This document shows positions 6,827 to 14,691 of a stretch of DNA of 14,716 nucleotides, piece after piece. Both the position numbers and the translations under genes were made by a program. This DNA is from Candidatus Methylomirabilota bacterium. GTDB taxonomy: Bacteria; Methylomirabilota; Methylomirabilia; Rokubacteriales; CSP1-6. The notes under the pieces were generated by a model. It was not told where the DNA came from. It saw nothing but the letters and a program-made list of their open reading frames with translations, and did not search any database. Each line of letters begins with the position of its first letter. The stretch's first letter is position 1. The DNA is taken from contig JBKPAK010000123.1 of NCBI GenBank assembly GCA_046726415.1, positions 1 through 14,716 of the forward strand, written 5' to 3'.

Positions 6827-8129
6827 ATGACGGCCCTATGTCCGTGGATGCCCGGTCGCGTCCTGTACCACCTCCATGCCCTGACCGCGGCCACCGTTCC
6901 TCCTCGTCAACCCCGACGTCGGCGCTTCGGCGCCGTGTGATCGTGCTTCCGCCGCCTGACGCGATGGGTCGATCACATCACACGCCTGGGATGCGGCGAT
7001 ATCCTGCTCACCCCGATGGTCGTCTCCTCGATGCACGGCTGCGACACCGTCGACCCGTTCCGGATCGACCAACGTCTCGGCGATGACGAGGACTTCGTCG
7101 CCTTCGTGGACGCGTGCCCACGCGCGCGATCTCAATGTGATCCTCGACGGCGCCTTCAACCACGTGGGCCGCGACCTCGCACCGTTCCGCGACGTGCTCG
7201 CCCGTGGCGCGACGTCGTCGTGGGCGAACTGGTTCCGCCTCGACGGGAGCGGTGATGGCGGCGACGGCTTCACCTACGGGAGCTTCGAAGGACACGCGAA
7301 GCTGATTGCCCTCAACCACGACAACCCCTCGGTGCTCGGGCGGGCCGGCGACGTCGCACGGCACTGGGTGACCCGCGGCGCCGACGGGTGGAGGCTCGAC
7401 GCGGCATACGCCATCCCCACCGCGTTCACCAGGTCGCTGACCGGAGCGATCTGCGACCAGCGCGGCGATGCGCTCGTGTTCGCAGAGATGATTCACCGCG
7501 ACTACGCGGGGTTTGTGGCCACGACCGGCGTCGATTCGGTCACGCAGTACGAGCTCCACACGGCGATCTGGAGCTCTTGGAACGACGCCAACTTCTACGA
7601 GCTGGCCTGGTCGCTCGACCGGCACCGGCGTCTCCGGCAGCCTTTCGCCCCGGTGACCTTCGTGGGCAACCACGACGCCACCCGTCTCGCCAGTCACCTC
7701 GGCGACCCGTGGCACCTGGACGCCGCTCTTGGCCATCCTGTTCACCGTCCCCGGCAGCCCTGCGTGTACTACGGCGACGAATTCGCCGGGCGGGGCGTGA
7801 AGGAGCAGCGAGCGGGCGGCGATGACGCCATCCGTCCCGTGCTCCCGCCGACGCCGGACCCCGTTGACCGGGAGAAGGCACAGGCGCTCCGACTCCATCG
7901 CGAGCTGATCGGATTCCGACGCGCCCGCCCCTGGCTCACGGACGCCGACATCGAAGTCGTCGACCTCGGCAACCGGAAGATCACCTGCGCGGTGACGGGC
8001 GCCGCCGACGCGCTGATGACGACGGTGCACGTCGATCTCACCGACGCGATCGGACCGCCGCCAGGGTGGCAGTTGATCGTCAGCCATCCCGGAGCCGCCA
8101 TCTGCGAGCGGGCGCCTCGCCACGCCTGA
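6827..8129 (+). pseudogene. GH13 alpha-amylase/cyclomaltodextrinase-like gene, disrupted
   Basis: RBS GAGGTG then ATG 6827. Motifs WVDHITRLG..ILLTP..HGCDTVD, DGAFNH, GWRLDAA, AEMIH, FVGNHD and YYGDE. Lesions: in-frame TGA 6938-6940, a frameshift at the C run 7117-7119, and a compensating frameshift pair at about 7728-7760 (the alternative frame reads LAILFTVPGS). Confidence 0.85.
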
Positions 8130-8161
8130 GGCGCCCGCCCTCTCGCGCGCCCGACCAGGCG

Positions 8162-9589
8162 TTGGGCATCCCGCGCGTGGGGCCGCTCTCGCTCTCGAGC
8201 GAGGCGCCGCTCGTCGACGGCATCGTCCGGTGGTGGCAGGCGCGCATCGATGATCGCATCGTGCGGCTCGGCACGCGCCTGCCATCGATCCGCCGCTTCG
8301 CCGCCGAGCAGCGCGTGTCGCGGCACACCGTGGTCGAGGCCTACGAGCGCCTGGCCGACCTCGGCTACGTGCAGGCGCGGCGGGGCTCTGGATTCTACGT
8401 GCAGCCGCGCCCCGAGAGCGGGGTGCGCGCCGCTCCCGCACCGGCGTCGACGCAGATCGATATCGCCTGGCTCTTGCGCAACCTGTTTCGAGACCTTCCG
8501 CACGACAACATGCCGGGGGGCGGGCTCCTGCCCCCGGCCTGGCTCGATGGCGCGCTGGTGAGCCGGCATGCGCGCGGCGTCACGCTGGCGGCGGGAACGG
8601 CATGGCTGGGCTACGGCGTTCCGCAAGGCTACCTGCCTCTGCGCCAGCAGCTCTCGCTGAAGCTGGCCGAGCTGGAGATTCCGGCCGAGCCAGAGCAGAT
8701 CATCACCACGGCCGGCGTGACCCAGGCCGTGGATTTGACCGCCCGGCACTTCCTACGGCCCGGCGACGCCGTCTTCGTGGACGATCCCGCCTGGTTCGTG
8801 GTGTTCGCCAGCTTTGCCGCCCTCGGGGCGCGGGTCATCGGCGTGCCGCGCCGGGCGGACGGACCCGATCTTGAGGTGCTGCGCGACTTGCTCGCCCAGC
8901 ATCACCCCCGGCTCTTCGTGCTGAGCTCGGTGGTTCACAATCCCACGGGCACCTCGATGAGCGCGTCGACGGCCGGGGCACTCCTTCGGATGGCGCAAGA
9001 GCACGACTTCGCCATCGTCGAGGACGACATCTACGGCGATCTCGGCCCGCCGCCTCCGGCCCGGCGCGTGGTCCGGCTGGCTGCGCTGGATCGCCTGCGG
9101 CGGGTGATCTACGTGAGCGGCTTCTCGAAGACGCTGGCCGCCAACCTCCGCGTGGGCTACATCGCTGCTCCGGACGGCCTGGTGTCGGCGCTGACCGACC
9201 AGAAGCTGGTGTCCGGGTTGACGTCGCCGGAGTTCGGCGAGCGCGTGATCGCACGGGTGCTGGCCGCCCGCGAGTACGCGCGGCATTGCGCCCGCCTGCG
9301 CGCCCGGCTGGAGACGGCGCGTGCGGCCACGCTCGCGTGCCTGCGCACGGTGGGCGCGCGGGGGTTCGCCGAGGACGCGCAAGGCATGTTCCTGTGGGCC
9401 GATCTCGGCGTCGACACCCATGCGCTCGCCACACGCATGTTCGATGTCGGCTATCTGGCGGCCCCGGGCAGCCTCTTTTCTCCCAGCCAGCTCCCGTCGA
9501 CCTGGATGCGGTTCAACGTCGCGACCTCGCAGAACCCCGCTATGTGGAAGGTCCTGGGGCGTCGCGTGTCTGAGGCGGCGCGCGCGTGA
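8162..9589 (+). CDS. MocR/GabR-family transcriptional regulator (GntR wHTH plus PLP aminotransferase-like domain)
   Basis: HTH: RLPSIRRFA...VSRHTVVEAYERL..LGYVQARRGSGFYV. PLP domain: HNPTG, IVEDDIYGD, SGFSKTLAANLRVGY. Start uncertain (TTG 8162 or GTG 8177, no clear RBS). Confidence 0.92.
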   Translation: MGIPRVGPLSLSSEAPLVDGIVRWWQARIDDRIVRLGTRLPSIRRFAAEQRVSRHTVVEAYERLADLGYVQARRGSGFYVQPRPESGVRAAPAPASTQIDIAWLLRNLFRDLPHDNMPGGGLLPPAWLDGALVSRHARGVTLAAGTAWLGYGVPQGYLPLRQQLSLKLAELEIPAEPEQIITTAGVTQAVDLTARHFLRPGDAVFVDDPAWFVVFASFAALGARVIGVPRRADGPDLEVLRDLLAQHHPRLFVLSSVVHNPTGTSMSASTAGALLRMAQEHDFAIVEDDIYGDLGPPPPARRVVRLAALDRLRRVIYVSGFSKTLAANLRVGYIAAPDGLVSALTDQKLVSGLTSPEFGERVIARVLAAREYARHCARLRARLETARAATLACLRTVGARGFAEDAQGMFLWADLGVDTHALATRMFDVGYLAAPGSLFSPSQLPSTWMRFNVATSQNPAMWKVLGRRVSEAARA

Positions 9590-9613
9590 CAGGCGACCCG
9601 CCTCGGGGCCGCC

Positions 9614-9990
9614 TCAGCCGGCAAAGAACCGTTGGAGATGGTCGCCGCCGACGGGCGATCGCCCCGCAGGCGGCCGGGGTTGGCGCGATGGCGTTCAGCA
9701 AGACGAGGTCACGGATGTTTCCATGAAACCGTACCGCTGTGGACCGGAACCCCCGTCTCGATCAGCTTGTGGGCATACGCTTCACCTTCATCGCGCAGCA
9801 CATCGAACTCGCCGCTGATCACCAGCGCCGGGGCCGCCCCTTGGCTGCTCTACCGTCGCCTGCAATGGCGAGGCGGTGGGCTGCTTCCGCGCGGCCTTCG
9901 TCGGGGCAGGTACTGGTTTCAGAACCACTTCATGGCTTCGCCGGGTGAGGAAATGCCCGGTGGAGAAGAGCTCGTAGGATGGGGTATGCC
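9614..9990 (-). pseudogene. C-terminal fragment of an HSL-family (alpha/beta hydrolase_3) esterase/lipase
   Basis: Across frameshifts: [15 protein letters not shown] / EAMKWF*NQYLP / [15 protein letters not shown] / [30 protein letters not shown] / [29 protein letters not shown]. Stop at 9921-9919. The catalytic His position reads Arg (9713-9711). Confidence 0.85.
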
Positions 9991-10036
9991 CCGCAAGAGC
10001 TGGAAACTCCGGGACTCTGGAAGGGCCGCCCGCCGC

Positions 10037-10402
10037 GTCGTCATCATCCACATATCATCAATGGGGCGCCGTCTCCCCGTTGTTTGAGGCAACCTTTGCT
10101 TACGCACCCGCGAAGGCGGCACTCAGCAACTACCGCAAGGGCCTCTCGAACGAGGTCGGAGCCAAGGGTGTCAGGGTCGTCAGCGTTCCGCCGGGCTTCA
10201 TACAGACCACCGCGGGCAACAGCACTGATCGACCGCCTGGCCGCGGGCTCAGGCACTGACACGCATGCGGGCACGCGAGAAATTGATGAAATCGCTCGGC
10301 GGCATCCCGCTTGGCCGTCCGGGCTGGCCGGCGGAGGTCGCCGAGCTGGTCGCCTTCCTCGCCTCGGATCGCGCGGCATTCGATCACCGGAAGCGAGTTG
10401 TG
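10037..10402 (+). pseudogene. C-terminal fragment of an SDR-family oxidoreductase
   Basis: Across frameshifts: [14 protein letters not shown] / [43 protein letters not shown] / ALIDRLA / [29 protein letters not shown] / ITGSE. YxxxK at 10101-10115. The Rossmann N-terminus is missing. Confidence 0.85.
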
Positions 10403-10424
10403 ACGCCGCGTTCAAGCGCCGCCG

Positions 10425-10765
10425 CGTCCGGACTTTGGCATCGGCATGACCAGTGCCGAGGTCGCGGAGCTGTCGCCGAATCGACGTTGGCGCGTTGCGT
10501 GACTACCGCGACGCGGTCGGCCGCCGGACACGCGAGATCGCCACTGCGTTCGACGGGAAGGACTGGGAGGGGAGATCGCGGCTGGGGCGCTTGAGCGCGC
10601 TGCCGCGCAAGGCGCCTTCGGCACGCGCAGGGAGCGGTATGTCAAGGCGTTCACCAGCCGTCCCGCGCGACGGTATTGAGCGGCGTCGCTTTGCTCCATT
10701 CGTCCGGCCACCTTGGCGAGGCCGCAACCGTGCGAAGCGCTGGCGGATTCGGGACCGGCGTCTGA
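10425..10765 (+). pseudogene. C-terminal fragment of a DinB/YfiT-like protein
   Basis: Across frameshifts: [17 protein letters not shown] / [20 protein letters not shown] / ...LLHSSGHLGEAATVRSAGGFGTGV*. The C-terminal HxxxHxGE motif is typical of DinB-superfamily proteins. Confidence 0.7.
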
Positions 10766-10820
10766 GGCGTGACCGTCTCGGCGGGAAGCCTCCTGGGCGC
10801 GCAGCAATTGTCGCTGGTCC

Positions 10821-10878
10821 GCCGAATCACGGCATCCGGCCGACGGCCTTCGGCCGCGGCTGATGCCGGCCGTTCGGC
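10821..10878 (+). mobile_element. attC-like integron cassette recombination site (58 bp)
   Basis: GCCGAAT-CAC-GGCATC-c-GGCCG-a-CGGCC-TTC-GGCCG-CGGCT-GATGCC-GGCC-GTTCGGC. It has paired R boxes, an unpaired spacer and a paired L region with two unpaired bases (G and T on the bottom strand). The R'' triplet is AAT rather than AAC. Confidence 0.65.
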
Positions 10879-11051
10879 GCACATGCCAACGGTCGGCGTG
10901 CCACTGTCCGAACAAGGCTTGGTACCATCCAGGCTGGAGTCGGAGACATGACAGACGCGTTGAAGACTCGGCGCTGTGGCTTGGGCGCTAGACAGCAAGG
11001 ACGCCCGGTTGGTGAGCGTCCGTCCACGGTTCGTCCACCCAGGGAGAGGAC

Positions 11052-11996
11052 ATGATCGGCGCCGTCAAGGTGATCAGCGGCACCGCTCATCCAGGGCTGG
11101 CGCAGGACATCTGCAAGTGTCTGGGTACCGACCTCTGCTCCACGACAGTCGTGCGCTTCTCCAATGAGAACATGCTCGTTCAGATCGATGAAAATGTTCG
11201 CGAGGCGGACGTCTTCGTGATCCAGCCCTCATGCCCGCCGGTCTCGGACGGAATCATTGAGCTGCTGATGACGATCGACGCCCTCAAGCACGCCTCTGCG
11301 GGGCGCATCACCGCCGTGCTGCCATACTTCCCCTACGCGCGCTCTGACAAGAAGGATCGGCCCCGCATCTCGATCACCGCCCGCCTCATGGCGGATCTGC
11401 TGCAAGCCGCCGGGACCGACCGCATCCTCACCATGAACTTGCACTCACCTCAGGTGCAGGGCTTCTTTCGCATCCCGGCTGACCAGCTCCAGGCCGCCCC
11501 CATCCTGTGCGACTACCTGCGCGAGAGCCGTGACCTCGCGAACTACGTGCTCGTCGCTGGCGACGTGGGCGAATCGAAAGATGTGGGTCACTACGCGGCC
11601 CGCTTGGATTTGCCGATCGCGATCGTGGACAAGCGGCGTCACGGCGATGACGAGGTTCCGCGTGCCGTGAATCTGATCGGTGATGTCGACGGGAAAGTCG
11701 CCCTCATCGTCGATGACGAGGTGGCGAGCGGTGGAACCCTCGTGGAGGCGGCGCGCTTCGTGCTCGAGCGGGGCGCTGTCGCGGTGGAAGCCTGTGTCGT
11801 TCACGCCGTGCTGTCGGGAAAGGCTGTCGAGCGCATCGAGACCTCACCACTTCGCCAACTCGTGGTGACGGACACCATCCCCCTTCCTGCGCGCAAGCGC
11901 ATCGACAAGATCCACGTCAAGTCGGTGGCGCGGCTCTTCGCAGACGCGATTCATGCCATCCACGACGGATCGAGCGTCTCGCGCCTGTTTCGGTAG
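11052..11996 (+). CDS. prs: Ribose-phosphate pyrophosphokinase (PRPP synthetase)
   Basis: Motifs RFSNEN..VQIDENVR..DVFVIQP, ELLMTIDALK.ASAGRITAVLPYFPYARSDKK, NLHSPQVQGFF, IVDDEVASGGTL and VVTDTIP. RBS GGAGAGG. 314 aa. Confidence 0.96.
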   Translation: MIGAVKVISGTAHPGLAQDICKCLGTDLCSTTVVRFSNENMLVQIDENVREADVFVIQPSCPPVSDGIIELLMTIDALKHASAGRITAVLPYFPYARSDKKDRPRISITARLMADLLQAAGTDRILTMNLHSPQVQGFFRIPADQLQAAPILCDYLRESRDLANYVLVAGDVGESKDVGHYAARLDLPIAIVDKRRHGDDEVPRAVNLIGDVDGKVALIVDDEVASGGTLVEAARFVLERGAVAVEACVVHAVLSGKAVERIETSPLRQLVVTDTIPLPARKRIDKIHVKSVARLFADAIHAIHDGSSVSRLFR

Positions 11997-12217
11997 CGAC
12001 GGTGCCAGTGTCGATAGGCCCTGGACACCGTCCGCTTGCCGCATCGATGGCGTGGCGACCCTCTGGTTGGTGGATCGGCACGCACGAAAAATGGGACGAT
12101 CATGGTGGCTGGGGGGAGCCCATGAACCTCAGACGACTCACGCTTGTCGGCCGCACGCTTGGAGCCCTCGTCTAGCCTGTCGTCTATCGTGACGCCGTGG
12201 GGGGCAAGGCGACGCTG

Positions 12218-12566
12218 ATGAGTCGCCGTCTCGAGCCCGCGCCGGTGAGAACGGAAGCCAAGCGACCGCTCGCCCGTACGTCGCCGGAGAACGAAGGCTC
12301 TACGGGCCGCGACCCTGAGAAGCGTCTGGCGCGACTGCGAGTGTGGGCGCTCGCGCTGCTGGTGTGCGTCGTGGCGTGCGCGTCACCGGCGACGACGACG
12401 CGCGACACGCCGGTCACCGGCGAAGAGCCGCCGCCCCGCTTCGCCGCGGGCGGCGCCGACGCGGAAGAGTTCGGGGCCAGCACGGGCTACCCGAAAGGCG
12501 ACCGCGCGACGTTCTGGGACATCGGGTCGGTCGTCGGATCCCACAGTCATCTCGACGAGATCTTCC
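12218..12566 (+). pseudogene. Truncated lipoprotein, possibly the N-terminus of a beta-lactamase-fold serine hydrolase
   Basis: Signal peptide and lipobox WALALLVCVVA-CAS, then PRFAAGGADAEEFGASTGYPKGDR...VGSHSHLDEIF, after which the frame runs into an attC-like site. No SxxK motif is visible, so the family call is recalled similarity. Start uncertain. Confidence 0.45.
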
Positions 12567-12577
12567 TGCCTGGCGCC

Positions 12578-12636
12578 ATCCAACAACCGTTTCCAGGGAC
12601 GGCGCTGCGCGCCGCCGCGGAACCGGGGCGCTGGGA
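12578..12636 (+). mobile_element. Degenerate attC-like site (59 bp)
   Basis: ATCCAAC-AA-CCGTTTCC-AGGGA-CGGCGC-T-GCGCGCCG-CCGC-GGAACCGG-GGC-GCTGGGA. R'' fits RYYYAAC, the inner arms pair imperfectly, and R' has GCT instead of GTT. Confidence 0.55.
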
Positions 12637-12654
12637 CATGAACGGGCGAAAAGT

Positions 12655-13065
12655 GTGATTCGAAAGGCGAGACGCGAGGATGTTCCGGCCGTTCGGCTGC
12701 TCATGGAAGCGGAACCTGGATTTTGGCAGCACGACTGGTCCGATGCGACCCTCGCAAGAGGCATCGAGACCGCGGGCGACTTGGCACTCGTCTGGGAGGA
12801 GGAAGGCGCGATCGTGGGCTTCGTCTGTGCCCACGACCTCGGCTTCAGGGCATACCTGAGCGAACTGATCGTTGCGCTGGAAGCGAGAGGCCGCGGCATC
12901 GGAAGGGGCCTCATCGAGCGTGTACAGGGCGAGCTTGCTCGGCGAGGCCATCGTATCCTGATCGCGGATGTGTGGCATGACGCAGAGCCCTTTTACCGCT
13001 CGCTCGGGTGGGAGCCACCGGATGTCGTACTACTCAGGCGCAAGCTCGATCCGCCGACTGGCTAA
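12655..13065 (+). CDS. GNAT-family N-acetyltransferase (probable gene cassette)
   Basis: Motifs IRKARREDV, IVGFV, YLSELIVALEARGRGIGRGLI (motif A) and AEPFYRSLGW. The TAA stop lies inside GGCTAAC of the downstream attC-like site. GTG start; the ATG at 12638 is out of frame. Confidence 0.88.
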   Translation: MIRKARREDVPAVRLLMEAEPGFWQHDWSDATLARGIETAGDLALVWEEEGAIVGFVCAHDLGFRAYLSELIVALEARGRGIGRGLIERVQGELARRGHRILIADVWHDAEPFYRSLGWEPPDVVLLRRKLDPPTG

Positions 13066-13118
13066 CTCCGCAGTGGAGCGGCCGCTGGCTCGCGTTCGGT
13101 CGCCCCGGCCGGTTCGCC
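13060..13118 (+). mobile_element. Degenerate attC-like site overlapping the GNAT stop codon
   Basis: GGCTAAC-TCCGCAGTGGAG-CGGCCG-CTGGCTCGCGTTCGGTCGCCC-CGGCCG-GTTCGCC. It has an R''-like left core (GGCTAAC) and a right core beginning GTT. The complement of the L'' arm appears to be deleted. Confidence 0.5.
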
Positions 13119-13264
13119 GCACAGAGGAGGGTACTCGCGCGTGGTACATGGCGGCCATGGGACCCATCATCCGGCGGACAGGTGACAGTAAACTCCGAAA
13201 GGAAAAGAAGATGATAACGAGACAGGGGGGCTGGCAATGCTGAATGATCCGGTGGAGGGAGACA

Positions 13265-14062
13265 ATGAGACTCACGGACAAGGTAGGAATCGTCGTCGGT
13301 GCTGGGCAGACCCCCGGGGAGACCATCGGTAACGGCCGCGCCGCGGCCCTTCTCTTCGCGCGGGAAGGCGCGAAGGTGATGCTCGTCGATCGTAACGTCG
13401 CGTCCGCGGAGGAAACGGCGGCCTTGATCGCCAAGGAGGGCGGCACCTCACACTGCCTGGCTGGCGACTGGACCCGCGCAAGCGACTGCAAGGCCTACGC
13501 AAGCGCCTGCGTCGACGCCTGGGGCCGGATCGATTTCTTGCACAACAACGTCGGCATCGGCGGCGGCGATGCCAGCCCTGACGAACTGACCGAGGAGGCA
13601 TTCGACCGTATCCTGCGGGTCAACCTGAAGGGCTGCCTCCTCTCCTGTCAGGCCGTCTTACCCGTCATGAGGCGGCAGCGGTCCGGGAGCATCGTCAACA
13701 TCTCCTCGATCGCGGCCGTGGTGTATGCGGCGCCACTGACTGCCTACAAGATCTCGAAGATGGGCATGAACGTGCTGGGACAGTCGCTCGCCCTGAGCAA
13801 CGCTAAGCACGGCATCCGGGTGAACACGATCATGCCGGGGCTGATGGACACGCCGCTTGCGATCGAAGGCATATCGCGGGAACGCAACATCCCGAAAGAG
13901 GAGCTGCGGGCGGCTCGCGATAAACAAGTCCCGCTGCGTGGCAAGATGGGCACCGGCTGGGACGTGGCCTACGCGAGCCTCTTCCTGCATTCGGATGAGG
14001 CCGGGTTCATAACCGGCGTTGTGCTCCCGGTCGATGGCGGGCAAAGCGTGCGAATCGGCTAA
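13265..14062 (+). CDS. SDR-family NAD(P)-dependent oxidoreductase
   Basis: Motifs VGAGQTPGETIGNGRA (glycine-rich with insertion), IDFLHNNVGI, IVNISS, YKISK (YxxxK), IRVNTIMPG and ITGVVLPVDGG. RBS GGAGGG. Confidence 0.95.
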   Translation: MRLTDKVGIVVGAGQTPGETIGNGRAAALLFAREGAKVMLVDRNVASAEETAALIAKEGGTSHCLAGDWTRASDCKAYASACVDAWGRIDFLHNNVGIGGGDASPDELTEEAFDRILRVNLKGCLLSCQAVLPVMRRQRSGSIVNISSIAAVVYAAPLTAYKISKMGMNVLGQSLALSNAKHGIRVNTIMPGLMDTPLAIEGISRERNIPKEELRAARDKQVPLRGKMGTGWDVAYASLFLHSDEAGFITGVVLPVDGGQSVRIG

Positions 14063-14275
14063 CTGGGCCCCGCCAACCCCCCAAAGATGACACGCGTGCC
14101 CGTCAGTTCCACGAGGGCTGCCCGCACGGCCCGTTCCCCGAACCCCGTGTCTGCCGCCGAGCACGGGATGCTGGGATAGGCAAGGCCGTGTGCTCCCTCG
14201 TCTTGAGTCCATCCCACAGCACTACGACCCACCGGTACGGCCAGCCACGGTAGTCACGGTTACGCCAGACGCCCA

Positions 14276-14458
14276 TCACCGTCCCGTCGGGCCGGGCGTG
14301 CCCCGCTGCAGACCGGCGGCCTGAGCGGCGGCGACGTACTTGGCGACCGTCTTCCTGTCGCTCCCTGTCCCGCGCGCGATCGCGCGCACGCCGTCGCCCA
14401 GACAGAACCGGCGCAATACTTCGCGAATCTCGATCATACCCAACTCCCGATAGGCCAT
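14276..14458 (-). pseudogene. istA: Truncated IS21-family transposase (N-terminal HTH only)
   Basis: MAYRELGMIEIREVLRRFCLGDGVRAIARGTGSDRKTVAKYVAAA with a GGAGGTG RBS. It ends after 60 aa. No DDE domain or istB follows. Confidence 0.8.
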
Positions 14459-14512
14459 GACCACCTCCGCGATGGGGGTAACCACGGCCCAGCTTGGCCG
14501 CCGGGCTCAAGG

Positions 14513-14630
14513 TGGGGGAAAAGTTTTGAGAAACCCCTGGGGGAAAGGTTTTGAGAATCAGCCCGCTACGTGGGGGAAAGGTTTCGGGAAATCACAAGCC
14601 AGTCCGCAAAGGTGTTGATAAACAGCCACA
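14513..14630 (-). repeat. IS21-family left end with multiple ~21-bp transposase-binding repeats
   Basis: TGGGGGAAAAGTTTTGAGAAA (14513), TGGGGGAAAGGTTTTGAGAAT (14538), TGGGGGAAAGGTTTCGGGAAA (14571) and degenerate GTCCGCAAAGGTGTTGATAAA (14602). Terminal 5'-TGT at 14624 or 14630. Confidence 0.8.
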
Positions 14631-14691
14631 GGTTACGATCGAACATCGGCGGCCGCCAACTTCCGAGTCGCCTCCTGGAGGTCGACAACAC

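Noticed and set aside
6938-6940. In-frame TGA (also 9921-9919) as selenocysteine or recoding
   Set aside because: Both genes carry additional frameshifts and other genes use TGA as a normal stop, so decay is the simpler explanation.
12343-12654. N-terminal extension of the GNAT (240-aa track ORF)
   Set aside because: Low-complexity Arg/Gly shadow frame crossing the lipoprotein fragment and the attC-like site.
13125-13185. AGGAGG followed by a 14-codon His-rich ORF after the third attC-like site
   Set aside because: Too short to support as a gene; at most a cassette remnant.
14513-14622. Spaced ~21-bp direct repeats as a CRISPR array
   Set aside because: Spacers are only 4-12 bp, no cas genes are present, and the position upstream of istA fits IS21 terminal repeats.
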